Shown here: in pieces, positions 51,301-62,620 of the stretch
Layout of the letters: each line of letters begins with the position of its first letter
Position numbering within the stretch: the first letter of the stretch is position 1
Assembly (NCBI GenBank): GCA_964016885.1
Contig: OZ024740.1
Location: forward strand, 395,870,001-395,934,000
Reading direction: 5' to 3'
Length of the DNA stretch: 64,000 nucleotides
Source of the DNA: Eledone cirrhosa
Lineage: Eukaryota
The notes under the pieces: model-generated
The model's input: the letters and a program-made list of their open reading frames with translations, nothing else
Database searches by the model: none
What the model was told of the DNA's origin: nothing
Program-made: the position numbers and the translations under genes

Positions 51301-54300
51301 AGGTAGTTTGTTCCATGCTTCAGCAACTCTGAGCGTGAAAAAATGTTTCCGAAAGTCATGGGAACTGTGCTGTTTTCTTACTTTGTGGGCATGTCCACGT
51401 GTGTTAGACACATGGAAATCGAAAAGGCACTCAGGGTTGTTGTTGGCAACATGGTTAACAATTTTGTGGGTGTTTACCAAGTCAGTTGCTAGGCGTCGGA
51501 GCTTCAATGAATCCATGCCCAGGGAAGCAAGGCGCTCAGAGTATGGTAGATGCCTGATGGAGGGTATTCGCTTGGTTGCACGTCTCTGAACAGTTTCCAG
51601 GTGGTCAATGTCCTGAGCAAGATAGGGGTTCCAGACTGGTGATGCAAATTCTAAGTGTGGTCGCACCATAGCTGTATACAGCCTTAAATAGATATCTGGA
51701 GAGCGGCTGACAAAGGTCTTGCTGAGTGATGCTAAGACACCCTCGGCCCTCTTGACAATTTTAGAGACGTGCCTCGTCCAACGCAAATCGCTGCTGACCG
51801 TAATGCCCAGGTCACGTTCACAGGAAGACTTCTTGATATTAGTGCTGTGGAGGGAGTATGTGGACGCTGGATTTTTACTCCCAAAATGCATGGTGGTGCA
51901 CTTGTCCACAGCTAGCTTGAGTTGCCAGTCTGAGATCCACTGTTGCATTGTGTCCAGGTCAGACTGCAAGCAAGATCTATAGTGTTCAGGATCTGTCCTT
52001 TTTATCTGAAGGTACAGCTTGATGTCGTCTGCGTACTTTAGTACTGTGGCATTCCTTAAGTTGGCATCTATGTCATTAATATATACCACAAACAAAAGGG
52101 GGCCAAGAACAGATCCCTGAGGTACACCAGATGACATCTCATATGGTGAGGAATGTTGTCCCAGACCAGAACCGTGACTACCTCTCTTCGACTGAGAATG
52201 AAGGACTTCAACCAGTTAAAAAGATCATCCTTCACACCCATTGCAGAGAGTTTTGCCATAAGCCTTTTGTGCGGCACAGAATTGAAGGCCTTCGCAAAGT
52301 CAAGGTAAACAACATCCACCCATGAGCCGCCATCAGTGATCCGGGTGATGTCCTCAAGAAACTCTATAAGTTGATCACAGCAGCTGGAGTTGGGGATAAA
52401 TCCAAATTGCGAGGGCCGGATAAGACTGTGAGAGCTCCAGAAGTTCCAAAGTGTTTCTCTGACACAGGATTCCATCAGTTTGGCGATGCAACTAGTAAGA
52501 CTGACTGGACGATAGTTCACAGGTGATGTGCGGTCACCCTTTTTGAACAGAGGAATTACACTGGCAGTTTTCCACTGTTCTGGAGTAGCACTGCTGTTCA
52601 GACAGAATTGGAAGAAGCGTGATAACTGGTGTAGAAGGAAGTACCCACCACGTTTAAGAAGCAGGTACGTAACACCATCAAGACCAGGAGAGGCATGGTT
52701 GCGTTTATTTTTTAGGTGACGTCGCAGCATTGCAGGTGTAAATTCCATGGTTGTAATAGAGTCCGGTGTCATAGGTGGTGGAGATGGTACACTCTGGTCT
52801 TCAATGGTGAAAATGCCTGCATAGCATTCAGCAATGAGCTCTGCGCATTCCTTGGGGTCGTCAGTAACCAGGCTTGTGTGGGGATTGCGAAGAGGACCAA
52901 CTGGAGAGTGAGGCCTCTGCTTTGAGTGAACATACTTCCAGAACACCTTACTGTCAGGGCTGGTTGCTATGCGCTGCTCAAATTGAAGCACTGCCTTTTT
53001 TGTCACCTGTTTGAGGTGGTTGGACGATCTATTTCGCCTCTTCCTATTAATGTCTGATTTGTGAAGTTTGTACTCACGTTCAGCATTGCGCCGTTCTTTT
53101 CTGGCAAGACGGACTGCTGCAGTCTCCCAAATTGCGCTTTTAGGATGTTTTTTCCGCTTACGTGGCACCGATGCTGCACATGCTGTCCATATTGAGCTCA
53201 GGATGTTCTGGAGTACAGTGTTGACATCTCCAGAGTCATAGAACTCAAGCCAGTTTGGCCGTTGCAACTCGGTGCAGTAACAGTTCCAGTCTGCTTTATT
53301 CCAGTCAAAGTGAGCAGTTTGGAGATGGTTGTGGTTCTTGTTACTGCCCATGAGGGATAGACTGGCAATGATCATAGCATGATCAGAGTCACCTACAGGT
53401 TCCTCAACAGTAACACTAATGACCGTTTCAGGAGTAGTGGTGAAGAGTAGGTCCAAAGTGTTGTCACCTCTCGTTGGGGAGGTGACCACCTGGGACCAAC
53501 TCGAGTCCAGCACCAGCTCAAGGAAGTCATTTGCACTTGGCGGCCAACGAAAGGTCTCCCAGTCAATCTCAGGGTGATTGAAGTCACCTGCAATGAAAAC
53601 ATAAGTGGCTGTCTTCCTGGCAGCAGCTCTGAGGATATCACAAAGTTGAGTGTCCTGATGGTAATTTGGGGGACAGTAAACGACTCCAAGTAGCAGTGTT
53701 GACATGGTCATACGTATATCGCAGAAAAAAACTTCCTGCTGTGATTGGTTCAAATCAGCACAAGGAATTGCCGACAGATTTGACCGAACGTAGACCATTA
53801 CACCACCACCACGACGATTAATACGGTCTTTACGAAACAGGTTGTAGCCAGTCATGCTGAAAACCCCATCACAGAGTAAGGGATGTGCCCAAGTTTCCGT
53901 GACTGTAATGAAGTCCGGGTTGATACTTTTGACGTAGGAGTCAAAAAGATGAATCTTATTGCATAGACTACGTGCATTCAAGGACAACAGTTTGTACTTT
54001 GATTCCAGTCTATGATTATGTGCAGGGGATGGCAGGTTGTTCTGATTTAGTTTCCCAGAGTTTTTTCAGTTTCTTTATTGTCAGTTGTTGTGGGTACACT
54101 GTTTTCAGACCAGCTGGTGTCTCTTTTCCATGATTCGCCAGCCTTAACAAACTTCCATATCTGCCCATCATCTCGTAGGCTGAAGCTTTCATGTTCTGCC
54201 GAGCTGCGGTTTAGGGAAGCTGCAGCACGCAACTTTGGGCGGACATCAGGTGGAAGACCAGGACGTGTTCGGAAAGCAATCCGACTTTCACGCCTAGCTT

Positions 54301-57300
54301 TATCAGAGGCTACAAGGTATGAACGTGCCTCAGCCGAGTTTGAAAACGACAGTCTAATTAACCTGGGTTTCGGGCCTGGTCGGCCAAGGCGTAGAGCACC
54401 CTTTGCGGGAGCACAGCCCAGGTCTTTGGATGAACTGGCAGCAAATGCCTGAAGATCAACTATGTCTTCCGGCACACCAATGGCAATCACTTCGTGGTTT
54501 GCAGATTCAGTGGCATTCTCAATGCGTCTAGGTTCAACATGAGGTACGCGGAGATTTTTTAACAAGGCACTCCGGTAAGATCCCTCATTGTGGGGTTCTA
54601 CACGAACGCTTGATTTTATTTCCGCTATTTCTTGACTTAAAGCGGAAATCATTTGCCGTATTTCCTCAAACTCCGTATTGACGGTCGGTTTTTGTTGTTG
54701 TTCTTCTCCTTCAACAGGCATGGTAGAAGACACAGTCGTCGGTTGTTGTTGTTGAAAAGTAACGGGTGAGGAAGACATGGGTTGCTGTTGTTGATGAAGT
54801 CCTTCAACGAGGGTAGTAGCAGAAGCTACGGTCGTTGGTTTTTGCTGTTGTTCAGCGACAATGGTAGAGGAAGACACGATCCTCGGTTTTTGTTGTTGTT
54901 GTTCAGGAACAATGGTAGAAGACACGATCTTCGGTCTTTGTTGTTGTTCCGCAGCAATGGGAGAAGCAGGCATACAGTCCAGGCACTGAAAGGACCAGTT
55001 TGTTAGCTGGATGATGATGATACTTTAAAAAAAAATGCTATGGGTTGGCATCAAAAAGGACATCTAACTGTAGAAAACCTGCTACAATAGTCTTATCCCC
55101 ACTCATGCAAGAATGGAAAAAAGCAGGCATAAAAATGATGATGATTATGATGAACACCTTAGAGAAGTCAAGCTCCCAGACTAAACAATTATAAAAATTT
55201 CATTTTTTCTTAAATTCAGATGACAACACGGCAAACACTCATCATTCTTCAAAATCAAAAGATGTAAGTAAACCAATTTTAATTCTTATTAGAGTATTAA
55301 TTATAAATATACTGTGTGTCTAAACACTGCATTACAATTGTCCCATCTTTGGTGGTAATACAGCTCGGTGAAACCAGTAAAATTACCAAGGCTCCAGTTT
55401 GAGAGTTCAGGAGCTGTGGGGAACATGTTATCACTCCCAGGTCTGCTCTGGCCCAGAGCAGTAGTACCTGTTAGGGCCACATTTATGGGTTAAATAATTA
55501 CCTTATTCGAGTGGCTCCAGTAAGGTATTATCAGCCATTGAAAAGAAAAGAACCATGGGACATTAAATGTTAAAAATAATAACAAAGATGTTGGAATATT
55601 ACCTTGTAGTTGTTTAATAGTTCTTAATATTTTGGGGTGGAATCTCTTCATCAAAAGAAGAGTTGAGGAAACTAATTTGGAACAGGATATCTTGTGCTGC
55701 CATTTTTCAATGCTGGAAATGATGAATAGATTACATGGTATGGGTTCTATATGTATTGCTGTAGCCTTCTAATAAAACACTATTTTTCACATTTTATACA
55801 ATGCTACAATCAAACTACAACATCCTCTTAGTGAATTAGCAGAATCGGTAGAGCGTCGGACAACATACTTAGCGGCATAGAGCTACGGCCCTTTACGTTC
55901 TGAGTTTAAATCCCACTGCGGTTAGCTTTGCCTTTTGTCCTTACGGGGGTCGATAAAATAAAGTACCAGTAATGCATTGGGGTTGATTTAATCAGCTTTC
56001 CCCTCTCCCCAAACTGTTGGTCTTGTACCTAAATCAGAAACCATTATTTGAGTGGTTTAATTTAATTTCTTTATCACCTGAGAATATATGTAATTTTCCG
56101 TCATGTGTCTCCATAACAGTTCTATTGTCCCTCGGTCACTCTTAGTTACATTTTTAACTATATGCTGGTGATAATTCTTTTCTACCTATTGAGTTCAATA
56201 CTTGCATAGGTGAGATGTTTTCTTTTGTCCGTTTCCTTTTTTGATATTGTTGGAACATAATTATTACAACTGGATGCTCATCTTATTAACAACCATTCAG
56301 CAGTGAAGTAAGAAAGTGGTACAAGCTAAGCAGACTGTGAAAGCCAGGGTACAGTCTCTGCTACTATATGTACAATTACACTCAAAATAGCAGACATATT
56401 AGAACACTAATACAACACCATCCTTAAAAAATACCCTCTATCCCACTCTGTTGAAACAAACATAAAAAAATAGCATCACCATCGTCACTGCTGTTTCAAG
56501 ATGCACATTACAAATGTTAATTGCAGGACCACATCTTTGGACTGAGTTGAGTCCTGCTTCGGCTGTGACCACCACATCATAACAATCTATGAAAATGGAG
56601 AGAGTGCATGTCCAGACTGTCTCACTGCACTCTATATTGATATTGGAGTGCAATAGGTCCTCAGCTAGGTAGGGTTATGTTATATTTAAAACAATATATC
56701 TCTGACAGCTGGTTATTTGACCAACTACTTGCATGCCATAGGTCAGCTCAACAGAGCTGACCTGGATCTATACAACACAATGTCCAGTGTGTTAATATCA
56801 TACCTACCAGGCCTCTCAACTACAAACTAGTTTTGATTTGTGTTTGTATTCAATGACAATATATTGAATTGATTGCTACTTAACTTCATTAATTAGTGCT
56901 CCTAATTGTATTTTGAAGTGTTTTGTTTCTCATGAATGCTTTTCATTAGGTAAAATACTACTTTGTATTAGTGTGTGTGTGTGGAGGGACACAGTAAATT
57001 ACTTTATAAACTTCATAAGGATAAAAGCTCACTTTATGCCAATGGCTAGGGCTAATAACTGGTCCATCCCTTCCAACATGCAATTAACCAAAGCTGGCAG
57101 TGACATGCTGTTTCATGCAGCAGAGGATAAAAAATAGCTGAATGGATGTTGAAAGGGACAAAAGATAAAGTCAAGTGGTAGAATTTCAACTTGGAACTGA
57201 ACAAAAAAAAAATCAAACTTTTCTTTTTCATTAAATATTGATTTATTAAGTATGTGTATCTCAAACAGGTAAAACATAACTGAATGTCATCATAAGACAA

Positions 57301-58286
57301 CTAAATGATATCATAAAGCAACTAAAAGAGTTAGTGTCAAGAAGGGCATCCAGCTATAAAATGTTGCCTGGAAAAGTCCTGCCTAAACCACAATGGAAAA
57401 GCAGATATAAAAACAATGATTAGGTCATTACTTTAGCAAGCAATCATAAATATTTATGGAAAGGGACTAACACTATCGCTAATACAAGCGGTCGAAATGG
57501 GATTCCTCTGAAGGGTCTTTGGAGTAATGTTACTCAATAAAGTGTGTAACTCAGAGATCAGAGAATCACTCCAGGTAGAGCCGCTACTTCTCCAAATTGA
57601 GAGATCACAGCTCAGATACTATGGGCATGTGGTTAGAATCCTCGCTGGACAGATTTTACGGGAAAAACAAACTGGCAACCCGAGCAAGATGGTTGGATAA
57701 CATCCACGAGCTTGGCTGGTCATGCTTGGGGATCCAGCCAGATCATTCGAAAATGGTTGCTTCTGACAGGACCCGCTAGGAGTGTTGTAGAAAATGTTGC
57801 TAATATTATATTTATCATTCCACATTCTGAGTTGATAATCTCTGGAAAATACTTAGCCTTTCATCATACTGGTGGCCAATAAAATAAGTATTAAATATAT
57901 AATAGTCAATTCAATCCACCACATTTCAAGTTAGTGCCATTATGTCAATATATAAAATTATTTAACACTTCCATAACCATATTTCTTATAAAATACATTG
58001 CATGTGTTTCTATTAATGTAGTTTTAATATTAACCTTTTTAATGATGCTTGGAAATAGAAGTGTCATAAATAAAATGGTGATGGAAGGATTTAATTTAGA
58101 TATGAACACTTTTAAACAAGAGGCTTTATCATAGAATTTGACCCCAACTATTGTTTTTATCACCAATACTTAGATATACTTTAATAAATAAAACTGTATT
58201 CTTTTCTGTTTTAATTACAGCTTGGTGCCTGGACACATTACAAGTTTCCATTATTTAAGCAGAAGAGATCAAAACAATACTTTTGA
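37974..58286 (+). CDS. GNPTG: N-acetylglucosamine-1-phosphotransferase subunit gamma (MRH-domain protein), 10 exons, ~310 aa
   Basis: Exons 37974-38040, 41279-41327, 44631-44744, 46295-46378, 47823-47916, 48093-48290, 48889-49035, 50145-50214, 55220-55263, 58221-58286 (933 nt, phases consistent). Hydrophobic signal peptide, then [88 protein letters not shown], all GNPTG signatures. Confidence 0.92.
39000..39330. repeat. (TA)n/(CA)n compound microsatellite
   Basis: Long dinucleotide runs visible in the sequence. Confidence 0.9.
40437..40507. repeat. Near-perfect inverted repeat (34-bp arms, 3-nt loop)
   Basis: TGAAATATACACCAAATCATATGTCAGTGCTATC-CAT-GATAGCACTGACATATGATTTGGTGCATATTTCA. Confidence 0.95.
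41279..41327 (+). CDS. GNPTG: GNPTG exon 2
   Basis: [15 protein letters not shown](W); strong polypyrimidine acceptor and GTGAGT donor. Confidence 0.88.
41495..43178 (+). mobile_element. CR1-like LINE, 5'-truncated, intact RT ORF 41529-43073
   Basis: [53 protein letters not shown]; (ATT)n tail. Confidence 0.95.
44631..44744 (+). CDS. GNPTG: GNPTG exon 3
   Basis: [37 protein letters not shown]. Confidence 0.92.
45408..45746 (-). mobile_element. tRNA/RTE-tail SINE nested in another SINE
   Basis: Reverse complement of 8575-8903; splits a second-family SINE; AGAAT flanks both sides. Confidence 0.88.
46295..46378 (+). CDS. GNPTG: GNPTG exon 4
   Basis: [28 protein letters not shown]. Confidence 0.95.
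47823..47916 (+). CDS. GNPTG: GNPTG exon 5
   Basis: [31 protein letters not shown]. Confidence 0.95.
48093..48290 (+). CDS. GNPTG: GNPTG exon 6
   Basis: [43 protein letters not shown]...EEITKK. Confidence 0.95.
48889..49035 (+). CDS. GNPTG: GNPTG exon 7
   Basis: [16 protein letters not shown]...FTSLEQCSA. Confidence 0.9.
49070..49420 (+). mobile_element. Third tRNA-derived SINE family (related copies near 2630-2760, 44245-44360, 46995-47125)
   Basis: A-box-like TGGTTAAAAAGTTTGCTTCCCAA, GGGTTCAATCCC B box, TTGTGAGTGAAATTT core. Confidence 0.65.
50145..50214 (+). CDS. GNPTG: GNPTG exon 8
   Basis: [23 protein letters not shown] (coiled-coil-like). Confidence 0.88.
51112..55008 (-). mobile_element. 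CR1-like LINE, near full-length: ORF1 (ends 54047, 5'-truncated within a PHD-like WSFQCLDC) and ORF2 (APE plus RT, ends 51223, broken by a 5-bp duplication at 52161-52170)
   Basis: LNARSL, VTETW, GGGV, GDFNHP, LDL, SDH endonuclease motifs; RT nearly identical to 41495-43178. Confidence 0.95.
55220..55263 (+). CDS. GNPTG: GNPTG exon 9 (putative)
   Basis: TTCAG acceptor, GTAAGT donor, in phase: [14 protein letters not shown]. Confidence 0.65.
55835..56050 (+). mobile_element. tRNA-derived SINE (second family)
   Basis: A and B boxes and core as in 37465-37670. Confidence 0.8.
58221..58286 (+). CDS. GNPTG: GNPTG terminal coding exon (putative)
   Basis: TTACAG acceptor, [21 protein letters not shown]; AATAAA at 58484-58489. 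Confidence 0.6.
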   Translation, partial: LGAWTHYKFPLFKQKRSKQYF

Positions 58287-59211
58287 CTGTAAAATCATTT
58301 TCCTTCATTTTGAGAAGTATGTGATGCTGGCTCAACATTATTCATTTCTACTGAAAGACTGGAAAAAACAAATTTCAGTCAGAATTCTTTGAAAGAAATG
58401 TTAAATATTGCCAACCCTAATCTTTGGAATTCATGAATGGACAACATATTTATTGGATGTTTATTAAATTTTCTATATTTAACAATAAATATCATTTAAG
58501 TATATAAACTTAAGGTAAAAAATTGACAATGAGTTTGTTCGCTTATTTAAAAGAGAATCTCTCTTGCTCTATTGTCTATATATCATTGTTTAACATCCAT
58601 TTTCCATGCTAGCATGGGTAGTCCCTTTGTGAGAAATCAGGCCAGGTCAAAGGACGTTGATTCGCACACACACAACTGATTTTGGCTTTGATATATATAT
58701 ATACACACAATTTTTCTTCATATACAAACAAGTAGTTGATACACATGTATGGATAATCTTTATCTATGACATGCTATATGGAAGTGAAACAGGACGCTTT
58801 CATCCAAACAACAAAAGCACCTTGATGACACCTACACTCGCCTACTTCAGCACATTCAAAACATAAGCTGGTGACATCTGCCTTTGAGAGAGATATATGC
58901 CAGCCTCCCACGCATATCTGTAAGAGGAGAGTAAGATTTGCTTGCCACCTACAAGGCTGTGTCCACATTCGTGCTTTGGAAACCACAGTCACTAATAACA
59001 GGGGCGCAAGCTCTCCTATCCCGATATCGTCTCCAGAGATTCTGGTATTGAAATCCAAGACTTGGCACCAGCAATGAACAACAGACTCACGTGGAGATCA
59101 ATTGAGTCCATTTTAGCTGATGATGCATGACAACTTTGTGTATTCTAATATTCTAGTTATTAAATCTGCAAATATATCACCATACTTTTCATGATTTTAA
59201 AAGAATACGAT

Positions 59212-59392
59212 GGCACATGGCTTAGTGGTTAGAGCATTGGCCTTGCAATCGAAAGGTTGTGAGTTCAATTCTCAGACCGGGTGATGTGTTGTTTCCTTGA
59301 GCAAGGCACTTTATTTCACATTGCTCCAGTTTACTGAGATGATAGGGACTGGGGTCCCTATCATTCCACTGCAAAGTGGTCGTGGAGGTGCC

Positions 59393-59432
<40 letters not shown>

Positions 59433-59562
59433 CACCCATACTCACTGTAAATGAGGTTGGTTAGGAAGGGCATCCAGCTGTAGAAATCAAGCCAAAAATC
59501 AGTTCCCGTCCCGCCCTTGCAAACAGGGAAAAAGTGGACGTAAAATGAAACGATGATGGTGA
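59212..59562 (+). mobile_element. tRNA/RTE-tail SINE with expanded internal poly(A)
   Basis: Same family as 8575-8903; the internal A6 is expanded to >30 A. Confidence 0.88.
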
Positions 59563-62500
59563 TATATTTGCAGTTTAAAATTGTGGCTTTTAGTTTTTAT
59601 TTCAACTTATGCCAGTGAATTTAAATCGAGTCAATTAGAAAAACCTCTGCACTTGATCTGCCAGAAACAGCAGACAAGTCTACATCAAATCACACATCCT
59701 ACTACCTCAAAATCCAAAGGATACATATATAGTTTTATCATTGAAATGTTCTTAAGTCCAATTAAATGAATTTTTCAATAAATGTATTTCACAGTACAAT
59801 ATAAGGGAGCATCTTATATGTGAAGAGTTATGGTGAAAGACATTTCATCAGTCCTCTACCTCAACTAGAAGCCATCTTAAATAGTTCTGATCACATGTAA
59901 GCATACAAAAGGCATTAGCATAACAATATCACAGACTGGGTAGATAATGTGCAGGATGTTCTATTTGTTAGAAATAGATTCTGGGAATATTATTTAATAT
60001 CAATATCACAAGCTAAAAGACTACAGTAATCAACAAACACTACAATCATGTTTAACCTGGGCTAAATAAACAACAGGAATTAAATTCTCATTATGATACA
60101 TGTGAGACATTTTGTTAGATTTCCTTTTCATATTGGAAGATATTAGATTTGATCATACATCATCTCATTCAGGCTGCACCTTATGTTTATGTTTTATCTA
60201 ACTTCCGCCTCCTATCATTGGTCATTTACATTAGTTGACCATAGTAGTGCAGTCACATCTCCAACAATGCCTGGTGTCCAATCAGTTAACCAATTCTTAG
60301 ATATTAATATTACCATTACAACAAACCACACTCTACCACAAAGAATAAATATAGAAGATTTCTTTTAAAAGCAAAATTTGGATGCAAAAGAGGATAGCTG
60401 GCACTCTGGTGTAACCAGCACTGTGACTACTCAGGATATGAGATACAAATCTTTTTTTCTTTGTTTTAAATTAGTTTTTATTACATATAATATACTTTTA
60501 ACCTTTAAAAAATAGATAGCAAATATTAAATAATAGAATTTAAATTTTATTAAAAAGACAAACAGAAGATCAGAGATCATTTGTTTTATTATGAAACCAT
60601 ACATTTGATAGAAGCTTTTATAAATAAAGCTGATTTACTGTAATATAAGACATTATAGACTGAATTTGTTTATATTATCTGCAGTCTATATCTTTTTCTC
60701 TCTGAAAACCTATGCCATAAAGTGTGTTTAAATAAATGTCCAATGACTTGGTTTGTATCGGCTGCTTTGAGAATTGCTGTTTTAAACCTGGCATGGTATT
60801 GTCAAGATCACCATAGTTTAGCTAGCCAATAGTGAGACATCTTTGGATAGCTACTGAACTATGATATCATACCATATCATTACATGATTAGCAAGTTAAT
60901 TCCTATTTAAACTACAAAAGTATTCATTACAGTCAATACAAATTTGGAAAAAGTGACACACACATTTGAAATGAGGATATAAGTAAAAAATATTGGACAC
61001 TATTATATAAACTTTATTTATTGAATAATAATTAAAAAAATGTATTTGTAATTTAGAAAAAAAAACAAAAAGCATAAGGGAATCTTAATATCACAAGCCC
61101 TACAAAAGAGCTGATCCATATTCACACAGACGCAAACTTGAATGAAAATTATGTAATGTTCACTGGAGATGATTTGTCATGAATAGCTTATAAAGGTTTA
61201 CTAAGGTGTTTATATAAGTTTACTAGTAGTGAGATTTGTAGAAATAAACAATGCTTGATACAGAGTGCTGTATGTTTGAGCAAGAGCACTGATTGGATGT
61301 AGGTTATGTGTATGCAACAATTTCAGGAATGTTAATATGACACTGAACCACAAATTCAGGAATCCCTTGAACTCATTTCTGCAGTAGGTGTTTCATTGTC
61401 TATATACTGGACACTTTATTTTACATGCCCTAGTTCATCTTAGCTACACGAGTCATGAGAAAGAAACCAAAGCTATATTGGTGTACTAGCTATGACAGGG
61501 GTAAAGATGTCTTTTATTTATCTGTTTAATGAATACAGCCACAAGGATTAACTATCAGCCCACTAAAACCATCAAGATTTATGTAGAAAACATTCGCTAA
61601 TATCTGCAAATGTTTATGAATGCATGTATATATTGGTTATTTGTACAAAGTTTTCTATATTTTATGTTTTACATTTTCATCTGGATAATTCTGTTATAAT
61701 CCTTTGTTGTCTATCTATTTTATTGAGTATTGTTATAGTAATTTGCTTTTAATCATTAATTTTAATATTCATTATTGCTTCCACCTAGGCATTATTTCAC
61801 TTTGCTCTGCAAGTTTTGAGAATTATTTGCCCTATTAGGGACTTGTTATTGTTAATTTCTATCCCCTTTTGTAGCAGAACCTATTACAACCCCAAGGGAG
61901 CTGGCTGCCAAGCTAGTTCCATTGTTTCTTGTTCCTTTGTTTATATATTTCTATAAAAAATATATATATTTGAAAAATTCTAAATACCAAATATATTAGT
62001 GAATTTGACAGCCAGAATGTGGGATGAGAGGAAGAACATGTAATGAAGAGAAGAGAGAATTTACCACTTTCATTGAAGACAATTTTGCACCCCCTCTCAG
62101 TCACCAATACTATTATCAACACCACCACTATTCCCACAGGTATAATTAAGAAAAGGTACTATTTGAAGCAACATCATCATCATGATGAGTGCCAAGAGCA
62201 AAAGACAACCAGCTCAACTACAATTCTGTCAATTTTTGCAGCACCAAGCATGACTGCCAACACTGCTTCCACTACAGTAGTTAGTAACAATAAGACAGAC
62301 TACAACACTTAAGAATGGTTCTTTAAATTGTGTAGAAAGACCCACAGAACAGTGAGAGCTACAAAAAGAATGACAGAAACCAAATCATATCTAAATAGAG
62401 TTTTGTTAGATCAGTGGACAGAGATAGTGTAGGATATCCACAGTTTCAATTAGTCCATTATTATTTCATATTCTGAAGAAAAAATAGCTAAAACTTCTAT

Positions 62501-62576
62501 ATTTAAAATTTGATTTATTCATTAGTGAGTTGTAGGTGCCAGTAAAATTAATAATTTTTACATAGTGTTAAAGTCT

Positions 62577-62620
62577 ATGTGTTGTTCCTTCCTTCAATGT
62601 TGAGGGAAGGAACAACACAT
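62577..62620. repeat. Near-perfect palindrome (21-bp arms)
   Basis: ATGTGTTGTTCCTTCCTTCAA-TG-TTGAGGGAAGGAACAACACAT. Confidence 0.9.
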
